64,000 nucleotides of DNA from Desulfatibacillum sp. (GTDB lineage Bacteria > Desulfobacterota > Desulfobacteria > Desulfobacterales > SpSt-501). The DNA lies in assembly GCA_020725555.1 (NCBI GenBank), contig DYEU01000026.1:115693-179692 (forward strand). The letters run 5' to 3'. Every line of letters begins with the position of its first letter. The stretch's first letter is position 1. The translations under genes and the position numbers were made by a program. This document shows positions 43,248 through 55,462 of the stretch, piece after piece. The notes below the pieces were generated by a model. That model was not told the DNA's origin. It searched no databases and saw only the letters and a program-made list of their open reading frames with translations.

Positions 43248-44705
43248 GTGCGGGGAGAGGAACGCCATCCCGGAGGCCGCCCCGGCGGGGCGGCCTTGGG
43301 CGTTTTGCCGGGGCCAAAGGCGGAGGCCCCCCCCGGCCCGCGCGGAAGCGCCCCGGGGGCCGGCCCCCGGGGGGCCGCCCGGAAGGCGGCGCCGGCCGCC
43401 CCCCGGGCGGGGACGCCCCCGGCGGCCGAGCGGGCCGATGGGGCCCGGCGGCGGCTTGGCCGCCTCACGGCGGCGCGGGCGCTCTTCGGGCTTCTGCTTC
43501 TCGGCTCGACGCTCTATGTCCTGCGCGCGCGGGGCCTTTCGGCCGCCGAGCCCCCGGTCGCGGTGCTGCTCCTCGCCGCCGGCACGGTGCTCGCGCTCTC
43601 TGCGGCCTACGGCGCGGCCCTCGCCGCCGGGCGCCCGGGGCGGCTTCTTGCCCCGCTGCAGCTTGTGCTCGACACCCCGCTCGTCACGGCGGTCGTCGCC
43701 GTGACGGGGGGGCTGGAGAGCCCCTTCGTCTTTCTCTACCTCGTCGTGATCCTGACCTCGAGCCTGCTCCTCGACCGGCGCGGCACCTTCCTCGTGGCCG
43801 GCCTGTGCTGCCTGCAGGCGGCCGCCGTCGGCGCGGGCTGGGTCGCGGAGGCCGCCTTCGGCGGGGGCGAAGCCGCGAACCCCGCGCCGGCGCCGTTTCC
43901 GCTCATGCGGCTTTCGATCCTCTGGGGCGCCTGCCTCGTCGTCGCCGCGCTGGGCGGCGTGCTCGCCGCCCAGAGCGAGAAGACGCGCGGCGAGCTCCGC
44001 CGCATGCAGGAGCACCTGCAGCGGGTCGAGCGGCTGGCGGCCGTGGGGGAACTCGCCGCGGGGCTCGCCCACGAGCTCAAAAACCCGCTGGCCGGCCTGA
44101 CCGGGGCGATCGAGCTTTTGCGCGACGAGCTGCGCTACGACCCGGAGCGGGCGCCGCTGCTTTCGATCGTGCTGCGCGAGGCCGACCGGCTGGGCACGCT
44201 CGTCGGCCATTTCCTGCTCTACGCGCGGCCCCCCGCCGGCCGCCCCGAGCCCGTGGAGGCGGCCGCCGCCCTGCGGGAGACGCTCGAGCTCTTCACCCGC
44301 CAGGACCGCCTGAAGGGGCGGATCCGCGTCCGGCTGACCGCGCCGGAGGGGCTGTGGATTGCGATCGACCCCGGCCACCTGCAGCAGGTGCTCTGGAACC
44401 TGCTCACCAACGCGGCCGAGGCGATCGAGGGCGAGGGGGAGATCGCGATCGTGCTTTCCGCGCCGCGCGAGCGCCGCGTCTGCCTGGAGATCCGCGACAC
44501 CGGCTCCGGCATCGCCCCGGAGCACCTGCCCGCGATCTTCGACCCCTTCTTCTCCACCAAGCCCTCCGGGACGGGGCTCGGGCTCTCCATCGTGCAGCGC
44601 ATTCTCGAGCCCTACGGCTGCCGCCTGGACGTGGAGAGCACCCCCGGCCGGGGGTCCACCTTCCGCCTCGTCTTCCGGCGCATCGCGCCGCCAACTACGC
44701 CTTGA
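43248..44705 (+). CDS. pilS: PilS-like 6TM sensor histidine kinase
   Basis: GTG start 10 nt after pilC. The start is uncertain because the first ~70 aa are low complexity. Six hydrophobic helices. H-box LAHELKNPLAGL, N-box NLLTNAAEA, G1 DTGSGI, G2 GTGLGLSIV. Confidence 0.8.
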   Translation: MRGEERHPGGRPGGAALGVLPGPKAEAPPGPRGSAPGAGPRGAARKAAPAAPRAGTPPAAERADGARRRLGRLTAARALFGLLLLGSTLYVLRARGLSAAEPPVAVLLLAAGTVLALSAAYGAALAAGRPGRLLAPLQLVLDTPLVTAVVAVTGGLESPFVFLYLVVILTSSLLLDRRGTFLVAGLCCLQAAAVGAGWVAEAAFGGGEAANPAPAPFPLMRLSILWGACLVVAALGGVLAAQSEKTRGELRRMQEHLQRVERLAAVGELAAGLAHELKNPLAGLTGAIELLRDELRYDPERAPLLSIVLREADRLGTLVGHFLLYARPPAGRPEPVEAAAALRETLELFTRQDRLKGRIRVRLTAPEGLWIAIDPGHLQQVLWNLLTNAAEAIEGEGEIAIVLSAPRERRVCLEIRDTGSGIAPEHLPAIFDPFFSTKPSGTGLGLSIVQRILEPYGCRLDVESTPGRGSTFRLVFRRIAPPTTP

Positions 44706-44915
44706 CAGGTTTCGCGGTTCTACGCTATCGAGGTGCGTTCGCGCGGCGCGCCCGGGCGGCGTTGGGCTCCCCGTGACCCCCGGGGGGAGGAAGCCGGCCG
44801 CGCGGCGGCGAGACGGTCCAGGATCCGGATGGCGCGGCCGGCCGAGCCCCCGCCGCAGGGGATCGCTTCGGCCGGGTCCGCGTCATTTCCTTTTTCGTGT
44901 TGCCAGCGAGGCCGC
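44706..44915 (+). promoter_or_regulatory. Structured ~210-nt lysS leader with mutually exclusive hairpins and a T-tract (possible attenuator or riboswitch, class not identified)
   Basis: TTGACA at 44702-44707. Perfect 11-bp arms gccggccgcgc (44793-44803) / gcgcggccggc (44832-44842). The second arm can alternatively pair with gccgggtccgcg (44871-44882), which is followed by tcaTTTccTTTTTcg (44883-44897). Confidence 0.3.
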
Positions 44916-46394
<1,479 letters not shown>

Positions 46395-46426
46395 CCCCGG
46401 GGCGCGGCGGCCCCCAGGAAACCGGC

Positions 46427-47663
46427 ATGGCCTTTCCGACGACGGGATTCGAAAGCTTGATCGGCGGCCGCTACCTGCGGGCGCGGTCCAAGCACGCCTT
46501 CATCTCGCTCATCACCTACCTGTCCGTCGCCGGCGTGGCCGTCGGGGTGATGGCGCTGATCGTGGTGATCGCGGTCATGACCGGCTTCGAGGCCGACCTC
46601 AAGCAGCGCATCCTGGGCGGCCAGGCGAACATCGTGCTCCAGCGCTACGGGCAGGCGATGGAGGACTGGCCCGAGGTGCTGCTCACGGTGGCGTCCGTCC
46701 CCGGGGTCGCGGCGGCCACCCCCTTCGTCTACAGCCAGGTCATGCTGCGGTCCGCGGCCGCGACCAGCGGGGCCGTGCTGCGCGGGGTGGACCCGCGCAC
46801 GGCGGGCGGGGTGCTGCGGACGCTCGCCGAGATCGAGTTGCCGGACCCCGGGCCCGAGACCGAGGCGGCCGGCCGCGCGCCGGGGATCGTCCTCGGCCGC
46901 GAGCTCGCCCGCAACCTGGGCGTCGCCCCCGGCGACCTCGTGCACGTGATCTCCCCGCGGGGGATGCTCGCCCCCACGGGGCACGTCCCGGCGCTGCGCG
47001 CCTTCCGCGTGACCGGCGGCTTCGAGTCCGGCATGTACGACTACGACCAGACCTTCGCCTACATCCACCTGCGCGACGCCCAGCGCCTGATGCGGCTCGG
47101 CGAGGCCGTCTCCGGCCTCGAGATCCGCGTCCACGACATCTACCGGGCGCGGGAGGTGGCCGACCGGATCCTCGCGCGGCTGGGCCCCGGCTACAGCGCC
47201 CGCGACTGGATGCAGATGAACCGCAACCTCTTCAAGGCCCTCAAGCTGGAGCGCCGGGTGATGTTCCTCATCCTGACGCTCATCGTGCTGGTGGCGGCCT
47301 TCAACATCGCCAGCTCGCTCATCATGCTCGTCATGGGGAAGACGCGGGACATCGCCATCCTCAAGGCGATGGGGGCGACCGACCGCAGCATCCGGCGCAT
47401 CTTCGTCTTCAGCGGCATGGTCATCGGGACGGCGGGGACCGCGCTGGGGGTGATCCTGGGCGTGGGGCTCTGCGAGGCGCTCAAGCGCTACGACATCCAC
47501 GAGCTGACCGGGGACGTCTACTACTTCACCACACGGCTGCCGGTGAAGATGGAGTTCCTGGACATCGCCGCGATCGTGCTGGCGGCGCTGGGGATCTGCT
47601 ACCTCGCCACGCTCTACCCCGCGCGCCAGGCGGCGCGGTTGAACCCGGTCGAGGCGATCCGCT

Positions 47664-47671
<8 letters not shown>
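46427..47671 (+). CDS. Lipoprotein-releasing system permease (LolC/LolE family)
   Basis: ATG 46427. MacB-like periplasmic domain between TM1 and TM2. FtsX-type C-terminus with [20 protein letters not shown]. Confidence 0.9.
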
Positions 47672-48371
<700 letters not shown>

Positions 48372-48383
48372 AGGGCGAGCGCC

Positions 48384-51041
48384 ATGGATCCACGAGCCCG
48401 ATTCCGGCCGCGTCGCGCCGCGGGCGGGGTGCTTTTGGCCCTGCTCCTCGGGATCGCCGTCGCCGCGCCGGCCCAGAGCCCCCCCGCCGTGATCCTGCTC
48501 CCGGCCGCCGTCCACGGCCCGGCCGAGTTCGCCTACCTGCGCGGCGAGACCTCCGAGGCGCTGCGCCGCGAGCTGGCCGAGGAGGGGCTCTCCGCGCGGG
48601 TGCTCGACCCGGAAACGGCCGCGAGCTGGGCGGCGGCCGGCGGCGGGGACGAGGAGGTCGCCCGCCTTGCGCTCCCGACCGGGGCGGACTTCGTCGCCGC
48701 GGCGAGCCTCACCTGGATCGGGGAGTCCTTCAGCCTCGACGTGCGCCTGGTTGCGGTCGCGGCCGCCGAGCGCCGAACGCGGACCTTCGCCGGGGAGGGC
48801 CGCGGCGTGGAGCAGCTCCCCGGCGTCGTCAAGCGCCTCGCCCGGGAGATCGCCAACGCCGCCCTGCGCCGGGAACGGATCGTGGAGGTGCGCATCGAGG
48901 GCCAGCAGCGGATCGAGCCCGACGCCGTCCGCCGCGTGCTCAAGAGCCGGCCGGGCGAGGTCTTCCAGGCCCGCCAGGTCGCCGAGGACCTCAAGGCCGT
49001 CTACGGCCTGGGCTACTTCGACGACGTCCAGATCCTCCGGGAGCCCGAGGGCGAGGGCGTGCGGCTCATCGTGCGCGTGACCGAAAAGCCGACGGTGCGT
49101 TCCATCCGCACCTCGGGGAACGTGATCTTCGACCAGGAGGAAATCCGCAAGAACCTGACCCTGAAGCAGGGCGCGGTCCTCAACGCCTTCACCCTGCGGA
49201 GCGACCTGCGGCGCATCGAGGACCTCTACCGCGGCAAGAACTATCACAATGTCCGCGTGAACTACCGGCTCACCCCCCAGCCGAACAACCAGGTGGATGT
49301 CGAGTACGCGATCGAGGAAGGCAACAAGCTGCTCATCCGCAAGATCGCCTTCACCGGGAACACCGCCTTCTCCGAGCGCCGGCTGAAAAAGGAAATCCAG
49401 ACCTCGGAGAAGAACATCCTCTCCTGGTTCACCTCGGCGGGCGACCTGAACCCGGAGCAGCTCAACCAGGACGCCGCCCGGCTCACGGCCTTCTACCAGA
49501 ACAACGGCTACGTGCGCGCGCGGGTGGGCGAGCCCCAGGTCGAGTACGAGGAGGAGGGGATCGTCGTCACCTTCAAGATCGACGAGGGGCCGCGCTTCCG
49601 CATGGGGCGGGTCGATTTCAGCGGCGATCTCCTGCTGCCGCGGGAGGAGCTGGTGAAAAAGCTCAAGATCACCCGCGAGGAATATTACAACCGCGAGGTG
49701 CTCCGGGGCGACGTGATCGCCCTGACCGACCTTTACGCCGACGAGGGCTACGCCTACGTCGAGGTCTCGCCCAAGGTCGACCAGGACGCCGAGAAGCTCC
49801 TCGCCCACGTGACCTTCCAGATCCTCAAGGGCAAGCCCGTCGTCTTCGAGGAGATCACGATCACCGGCAACACCAAGACGCGCGACAAGGTGATCCGGCG
49901 CGAGCTCCGCGTCTTCGAGCAGGAGCTCTACAGCGCCAGCCGCCTCAAGCGCGGCATCCGCAACCTGAACCGGCTCGACTACTTCGAGAACGTGAAGGTC
50001 GACACGACCCGCGGCAGCGCCGACGACCGCATGCGGATGAGCGTCGAGGTCAAGGAAAAGAACACCGGCGCCTTCACCTTCGGCGCGGGCTACAGCACGC
50101 TCGAGCAGGCCTTCGTGACGGCCTCGATCTCCGAGCGCAACCTCTTCGGCCGGGGCCAGACCCTGGGGGTACGCGGCCAGGTCGGCGGCAAGACCCAGAA
50201 ATACGTCCTGAGCTTTACCGAGCCCTGGCTCTTTGATATACCGCTCTCCGCCGGCGCCGAGCTCTACAAGTGGGAGTTCGAGTTCGACGACTACGACAAG
50301 GATTCGGTCGGCGGCAAGCTCCGCCTGGGCTACCCGCTCTACGACTACGTCCGGGGGAGCGTCGCCTACACGCTCGAGGAGACCCGCATCAGCAACGTCG
50401 ACGAGGACGCCGCGCGCGCGATCCAGAGGGACGCCGGGCGCTACCTCAAGAGCAGCGTCACCCCCGTGATCCGCTACGATTCGCGGGACAGCCTCTTCAA
50501 CGCCAAGGAGGGCTCGCTCCACAGCCTGGAGTACGAGTTCGCGGGGCTGGGCGGCGACGTCGGCTTCCACAAGGTGATCGCCGACACCGGATGGTACATC
50601 CCCCTCTTCTGGAAACTGACCGGCGTCGTCCACGGCCGGGGGGGCTACATCCACGGGCTGCCCGGCTGGGATCTCCCGGACTACGAGAAATTCTACCTCG
50701 GGGGCATGAACACGGTGCGCGGGGCCAAGCGCGCCGATCTCGCCCCCAAGGAGGAGGGCTCCCCGGTCGGCGGGGAGAAATTCGTCCAGGGCAATTTCGA
50801 GATCAAGTTCCCGCTGGTCGAGGAGGCCGGCGTCTTCGGGATCCTCTTCCTGGACACGGGGGCCGTGTTCGGCAAAGACGAGTCCTGGGATTTCAACAAG
50901 ATGCGCGAAACCGCCGGCCCGGAGATCCGCTGGCTGTCGCCGATCGGGCCGATCCGGCTGGCCTACGGCTGGTACCTCGACTCGAAGAAAGACGACCGGT
51001 CCAGCGGCGGCTTCGAGTTTTCGATGGCCTCCGCATTTTAA
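48384..51041 (+). CDS. bamA: Outer membrane protein assembly factor BamA with an extra N-terminal domain
   Basis: 885 aa. Signal peptide, about 130-aa extension, POTRA repeats starting at [21 protein letters not shown], Omp85 barrel ([10 protein letters not shown]..., C-terminal FEFSMASAF). Confidence 0.95.
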   Translation: MDPRARFRPRRAAGGVLLALLLGIAVAAPAQSPPAVILLPAAVHGPAEFAYLRGETSEALRRELAEEGLSARVLDPETAASWAAAGGGDEEVARLALPTGADFVAAASLTWIGESFSLDVRLVAVAAAERRTRTFAGEGRGVEQLPGVVKRLAREIANAALRRERIVEVRIEGQQRIEPDAVRRVLKSRPGEVFQARQVAEDLKAVYGLGYFDDVQILREPEGEGVRLIVRVTEKPTVRSIRTSGNVIFDQEEIRKNLTLKQGAVLNAFTLRSDLRRIEDLYRGKNYHNVRVNYRLTPQPNNQVDVEYAIEEGNKLLIRKIAFTGNTAFSERRLKKEIQTSEKNILSWFTSAGDLNPEQLNQDAARLTAFYQNNGYVRARVGEPQVEYEEEGIVVTFKIDEGPRFRMGRVDFSGDLLLPREELVKKLKITREEYYNREVLRGDVIALTDLYADEGYAYVEVSPKVDQDAEKLLAHVTFQILKGKPVVFEEITITGNTKTRDKVIRRELRVFEQELYSASRLKRGIRNLNRLDYFENVKVDTTRGSADDRMRMSVEVKEKNTGAFTFGAGYSTLEQAFVTASISERNLFGRGQTLGVRGQVGGKTQKYVLSFTEPWLFDIPLSAGAELYKWEFEFDDYDKDSVGGKLRLGYPLYDYVRGSVAYTLEETRISNVDEDAARAIQRDAGRYLKSSVTPVIRYDSRDSLFNAKEGSLHSLEYEFAGLGGDVGFHKVIADTGWYIPLFWKLTGVVHGRGGYIHGLPGWDLPDYEKFYLGGMNTVRGAKRADLAPKEEGSPVGGEKFVQGNFEIKFPLVEEAGVFGILFLDTGAVFGKDESWDFNKMRETAGPEIRWLSPIGPIRLAYGWYLDSKKDDRSSGGFEFSMASAF

Positions 51042-51092
51042 GGAACCCGCCGCCGCGGCAGGCGGCGGGGGGCAACGGGAAAGGAAGACCTC

Positions 51093-51629
51093 ATGAATCT
51101 CCGACGAATGGGCATTGCGGCCGCGCTGCTCGCCGGCCTCTGCGGCGTCTGCCAGACGGGGGCCCTCGCCGCCGAGGCCGCCCGGATCGCGGTCGTCAAC
51201 CTGCAGACGGTGCTCGAAACCTCCCAAATCGGCAAGGCGGCGCAGGAAAAACTCAAGGGCCAGCGCGACAAGCTCGAGGCCGACCTCAAGCAGAAAGGCA
51301 CGGAGCTCCAGGAGCTCGAGAAGCGCATGCAGCGCGAGGCCATGGTGATGAGCAAGGAGGCGCGCGAGGAGAAGGAGCGCGAGCTGCGCATCAAGGCGAG
51401 CGATTTTCAGGCCCTGCAGAAGAAGTACCGCAGCGACCTCCAGGACCTCGAGCGCGAGCTCATGGGCGAGCTGCAGAAGGAAATCAGCGCACTGGTCAAC
51501 GAGATCGGCAAAAAGGAGGGCTACACCCTGATCGTGAGCAGCATCGGGGTCCTCTACCACCAGCCCGCGGTCGACATCACCCAGCGCCTGGTGCAGGAGC
51601 TGAACGCCCGCGGCGGCAAGAAACCCTAA
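51093..51629 (+). CDS. skp: OmpH/Skp periplasmic chaperone
   Basis: 178 aa. Signal peptide, then [24 protein letters not shown] and a long charged coiled coil. Confidence 0.9.
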   Translation: MNLRRMGIAAALLAGLCGVCQTGALAAEAARIAVVNLQTVLETSQIGKAAQEKLKGQRDKLEADLKQKGTELQELEKRMQREAMVMSKEAREEKERELRIKASDFQALQKKYRSDLQDLERELMGELQKEISALVNEIGKKEGYTLIVSSIGVLYHQPAVDITQRLVQELNARGGKKP

Positions 51630-51676
51630 GGAAGACCCGGGCGCGGCCCGCGGGCCCGCGAGACGCGGAGGGAGCG

Positions 51677-52141
51677 ATGCAGACCGTGTTCGACATCCAG
51701 GCGATCCTCAAGAGGCTGCCCCACCGCTACCCCTTTCTCCTGGTCGACCGGGTGCTCGAGCTCGTGCCGGGGGAGAGGATCCTCGCCCTGAAGAACGTGA
51801 CGATGAACGAGCCCTTTTTCCAGGGGCATTTCCCCGGCCAGCCGGTCATGCCGGGGGTGCTCATCGTCGAGGCCCTGGCCCAGGCCGGCGGCATCCTCGC
51901 CTGCGAGATGCGCGGCCCCGAACACCAGGGCGACATCGTCTACTTCATGGGCATGGACCAGGTCCGTTTCCGCCGCCCCGTCGTGCCGGGGGACCAGCTG
52001 CTGCTCGAGGCGCGGGTGACCCGGATGCGCTCCCGGGCGGCGAAGATGGCCGGGCGGGCCCTGGTCGGCGAGCAGCTCGCGGCCGAGGCCGAGCTGATGG
52101 CCTCCTTCGGCCCGGCCGGCGCCGACGCCGCGGGCGCCTAG
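51677..52141 (+). CDS. fabZ: 3-hydroxyacyl-ACP dehydratase FabZ
   Basis: ATG 51677 (3' part of an artefactual track ORF). [36 protein letters not shown]. Confidence 0.95.
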   Translation: MQTVFDIQAILKRLPHRYPFLLVDRVLELVPGERILALKNVTMNEPFFQGHFPGQPVMPGVLIVEALAQAGGILACEMRGPEHQGDIVYFMGMDQVRFRRPVVPGDQLLLEARVTRMRSRAAKMAGRALVGEQLAAEAELMASFGPAGADAAGA

Positions 52142-52181
52142 ACGGCAAGCGCCCGCCGCATGGCTTCGGGGGGAGGAGCCG

Positions 52182-52358
52182 ATGACGATCGATCCCGAGT
52201 TGCTCGAGATTCTCGCCTGTCCGCAGTGCAAGGGGGAACTCCGCCTCACCGCCGCGGGCGACGGCCTGGTGTGCGCCGCCTGCCGCCTCCTCTTCGAAAT
52301 CCGCGACGAGATTCCGATCCTGCTCCTCGAGGAGGCGAAACCGCTCGCCGACGCCTGA
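52182..52358 (+). CDS. Trm112/YcaR (UPF0434) family zinc-ribbon protein (58 aa, below the track cutoff)
   Basis: Own translation: MTIDPELLEILACPQCKGELRLTAAGDGLVCAACRLLFEIRDEIPILLLEEAKPLADA*. RBS GGGAGGAG. Confidence 0.75.
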   Translation: MTIDPELLEILACPQCKGELRLTAAGDGLVCAACRLLFEIRDEIPILLLEEAKPLADA

Positions 52359-52368
52359 GGGCCGTGCC

Positions 52369-52914
52369 ATGAGTTCCCCCCGGCCGGCCCCGCCGGCGAC
52401 GCTGGTGATCGGGATGCTGCTTGCGCGGCGCGGGGACTTCCCCGAGGTGGCCGCCCTGCTGGCCGAGCGCTTCGGGGCCTTCGACCTCGTGAGCCCGTGG
52501 TGGGCCTTCGCGTTCACCGCCTACTACGCCGCCGAAATGGGGGCGCCGCTCAGCCGCCGCGTGATCGCCTTCCGCCGGAGGGTGCCCCAGGAGGCGCTCG
52601 CGGAGATCAAGCTCGTGACGGGCGAACTCGAGGGGCGGCGCGCGCGCGAGGGGCGGCGCACGGTCAACCTCGACCCCGGCATCCTCGTGCCCGAGCGCGT
52701 CGTGCTGGCGACGGGCAAGCCGGCCGCGCACCGCATCTACCTGGGGTCGGGGATCTACGCCGACCTCGCCCTGGTCTACCGGGAGGGCGCCTTCCGGCCC
52801 CTGCCCTGGACCTATCCCGACTACGCCGGCGCGCCGCTTAGGGGGTTTCTCGAGGCGGTGCGCGCGCGCCACCTCTTCGACCGGAGGGAGACCGCTTCAT
52901 GGTCCGCAGCATGA
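52369..52914 (+). CDS. DUF4416 family protein
   Basis: 181 aa. [35 protein letters not shown] and WTYPDY resemble the DUF4416 consensus as I remember it. Confidence 0.65.
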   Translation: MSSPRPAPPATLVIGMLLARRGDFPEVAALLAERFGAFDLVSPWWAFAFTAYYAAEMGAPLSRRVIAFRRRVPQEALAEIKLVTGELEGRRAREGRRTVNLDPGILVPERVVLATGKPAAHRIYLGSGIYADLALVYREGAFRPLPWTYPDYAGAPLRGFLEAVRARHLFDRRETASWSAA

Positions 52915-53780
52915 CCGGCTTCGCCGCCGCGGCGGCCGAGGCCCCCCCGCTCGCCGTGGGGGTCGAAATCCGCTCCACGAACAGCCGCTTTCTCGATCTC
53001 GCCGTCCGTCTGCCGGCGGCCTACCCCGATCTCGAGGAGCGTGTGCGCCGCGCCGTCTCCGAGCGGATCCTGCGCGGCCGCGTCGAGGTCCGCATCCAGG
53101 TCGAGGAGGCCGCGGGGGCGAAGCCGGTCGTGGAGGCCGATCTCCCCCGGGCGCGGGCGGTCCACCAGGCGCTTGCGCTCCTTGGCGAGGCGCTCGGCCT
53201 CCCGGAGCGGCCCACGCTGGCGATGCTGCTTGCGGCGGGGGGGATCCTGAAAACGACCGCCGCGGCCGCCGACCCCGAGGCGGTGTGGGCCGTGCTCGAG
53301 GGGTGCCTCGCCCGCGCCCTGGACGGCCTGGAGGCCATGCGCGCCGCCGAGGGCGAGCGGCTGGCCGCCGACCTGACCGCCCGTCTGGAGACGATCGCGG
53401 CCGCCCTCCGGGAGATCCGCGGGACCGCTTCCGAGCTCGTCCCGCTCTACCGCCAGCGGCTGGAGGCGCGCATCGCCGCCCTCACCCAGGGGCTCGTCGA
53501 GCTCGACCCCGGCCGCGTCGCCCAGGAGGCGGCCTTCCTCGCCGACCGCGCGGACATCTCCGAGGAGCTCGTGCGCGCCGAGAGCCACCTGGCCGAGTTC
53601 CGCCGGCTGCTCTCCGGGCCCCAGGCCGCCGGGCGCCCCCTGGGCTTTCTGCTCCAGGAGCTCCACCGCGAGTTCAACACCATGGGCGCCAAGGTCGGCA
53701 GCGCCTCCGCCTCCCAGAGCATCGTCGCCGTGAAATCCGAACTGGAAAAGATCCGCGAGCAGGTGCAGAACCTGGAATAG
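52899..53780 (+). CDS. yicC: YicC family (stress-induced endoribonuclease) protein
   Basis: MVRSMTGFA... N-terminus. C-terminal [16 protein letters not shown] and [16 protein letters not shown]. Confidence 0.9.
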   Translation: MVRSMTGFAAAAAEAPPLAVGVEIRSTNSRFLDLAVRLPAAYPDLEERVRRAVSERILRGRVEVRIQVEEAAGAKPVVEADLPRARAVHQALALLGEALGLPERPTLAMLLAAGGILKTTAAAADPEAVWAVLEGCLARALDGLEAMRAAEGERLAADLTARLETIAAALREIRGTASELVPLYRQRLEARIAALTQGLVELDPGRVAQEAAFLADRADISEELVRAESHLAEFRRLLSGPQAAGRPLGFLLQELHREFNTMGAKVGSASASQSIVAVKSELEKIREQVQNLE

Positions 53781-53821
53781 CCGGCCCGGAGCCCCCCGCC
53801 CGCGGAGAGGACGCCGCCCCC

Positions 53822-54130
53822 ATGCCCAAACCCACGGACCCGGTCCTGCTCAACATCGGCTTCGGCAGCACGGTGGTCGCCGATCGGGTGATCGCCATCG
53901 TGGCCCCCAACTCGGCGCCCATGAAACGCCTCAAGGACGAGGCGCGCGAGCAGCACCGCCTGATCGACGCCACCTACGGCCGCCGGACGCGCTCGATCAT
54001 CGTGCTCGACAGCAACCACATCGTCCTCTCCGCCGTGCAGGCCGAGACGATTTCGCAGCGCTACGCCCAGCTCCGCGAAAGCGGCGGGGACGGGGCGGCG
54101 CTGCCGGAAGCGGAGGCGAGGGATGCCTGA
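53822..54130 (+). CDS. remA: DUF370 / RemA family protein
   Basis: ATG 53822. [69 protein letters not shown]. Confidence 0.85.
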   Translation: MPKPTDPVLLNIGFGSTVVADRVIAIVAPNSAPMKRLKDEAREQHRLIDATYGRRTRSIIVLDSNHIVLSAVQAETISQRYAQLRESGGDGAALPEAEARDA

Positions 54131-54695
54131 GGCCCCGCGCCGCGGCCGGCTCTTCATTCTCTCGGCGCCCTCGGGGACGGGGAAGACGACCCTGCGGAAG
54201 GCGCTCCTCCAGCGGGTCCCGAACCTGGCCTACTCGGTCTCCTACACCACCCGGCCGCCGCGGCCGGAGGAGGTGGAGGGGCGCGATTACCGCTTCATCT
54301 CGAAGGCGGACTTCGAGGAGGGCATCCGCGGCGGGCGCTGGGCGGAGTGGGCCCGGGTCCACGGCCATTACTACGGCACCTCGGCCGAGGACCTGGAGCG
54401 GCTCCTCGCCGCGGGCGGCGACGTCCTGCTCGATCTCGACGTGCAGGGGGCGGAAGCCCTGGCGGGACGGTTTCCGCAAAGCGTCACGATCTTTCTTCTG
54501 CCGCCTTCCCTCGAGGAGCTCGAGCGCCGGCTGCGGGCGCGGGGGACGGACTCCCCGGAGGCGATCGCCGTGCGCCTGCGGAACGCGGCCGCGGAAATGG
54601 CCTGCCGCGACCGCTACCGCCACGTCGTCGTCAACGACCGCCTGCCCGCGGCCCTGGAGGAGCTCGCGGCGATCGTCGGCTCCTACCGGCCATGA
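54123..54695 (+). CDS. gmk: Guanylate kinase
   Basis: P-loop [34 protein letters not shown]. Confidence 0.95.
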   Translation: MPEAPRRGRLFILSAPSGTGKTTLRKALLQRVPNLAYSVSYTTRPPRPEEVEGRDYRFISKADFEEGIRGGRWAEWARVHGHYYGTSAEDLERLLAAGGDVLLDLDVQGAEALAGRFPQSVTIFLLPPSLEELERRLRARGTDSPEAIAVRLRNAAAEMACRDRYRHVVVNDRLPAALEELAAIVGSYRP

Positions 54696-55462
54696 AGACC
54701 GAGTGGCTCTACGGCCCGCACGCGGTCGGCGAGGCCCTGGCCGCCGGCCGGCGCCGCGTTCACGAGCTGCTCCTGGAGGATCGGCCCGGGGCGCTCAGGC
54801 GCCTGGAGGCCTTGGCCGCGGCGGCGGCGCGGCGCGGCGTCCCCGTGCGGCGGGTGCCCGCGGGCGAGCTCGCCGCGGCGGCGGGGGGCGGCCGGCACCA
54901 GGGGGCGGCCGCCCGGGTCGACGCCTACCCCGTCGCGGGCCTGGAGGAGATCCCCGCGGCGGCGGCCGCCGCCGCGGAGGGCCCGCTCCTCGCCCTGGAC
55001 GGCATTCTCGACCCGCACAACTTCGGGGCGATCCTGCGCTCGGCCCTCTGCGCCGGGACGACGGCGGTCGTGGTGCCCCGCGACCGCTCGGCGCCGCCCA
55101 CCCCGGCGGTTTCGCGGGCCTCGGCCGGCGCCCTGGAGCACGTGCGCCTGGTGCGGGTGACCAACCTGGGCCGCGCGCTCGACGAGCTCAAACGCCGCGG
55201 GTACTGGGTCGCCGGGCTCGACCGCGCAGCCCCCCAGAGCCTCTTTGCGGCGGATCTGCCGCAGCCGCTCGTCCTGGTCGTGGGCGGGGAGGGGGGCGGC
55301 ATGCGCCGCGGGATTCTGCGGCGCTGCGACCTGCTCCTGGCCATCCCCCAGGCGGGGCCCCTCGATTCGCTCAACGTGTCGGTGGCCGCCGCGGTCGCGC
55401 TCTTCGAAATCCGGCGCCGGCGCCTGGGGGGGGGGCCCGGCAGCGCGGGAGGGGGCCGGTGA
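54692..55462 (+). CDS. rlmB: 23S rRNA (guanosine-2'-O)-methyltransferase RlmB (SpoU/TrmH family)
   Basis: ATG 54692 overlapping the gmk stop. DGILDPHNFGAILRSA, LVVGGEGGGMRRG, LDSLNVSVAAAVALFE. Confidence 0.88.
   Translation: MKTEWLYGPHAVGEALAAGRRRVHELLLEDRPGALRRLEALAAAAARRGVPVRRVPAGELAAAAGGGRHQGAAARVDAYPVAGLEEIPAAAAAAAEGPLLALDGILDPHNFGAILRSALCAGTTAVVVPRDRSAPPTPAVSRASAGALEHVRLVRVTNLGRALDELKRRGYWVAGLDRAAPQSLFAADLPQPLVLVVGGEGGGMRRGILRRCDLLLAIPQAGPLDSLNVSVAAAVALFEIRRRRLGGGPGSAGGGR

Noticed and set aside
55426-55435. G10 homopolymer (and similar G/C runs at 520-545 and 23490-23515) as frameshift or phase-variation sites.
   Set aside because: They lie inside intact reading frames and simply encode Gly/Pro runs in C- or N-terminal tails (rlmB, uvrA, kinase). 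No frame disruption is observed.
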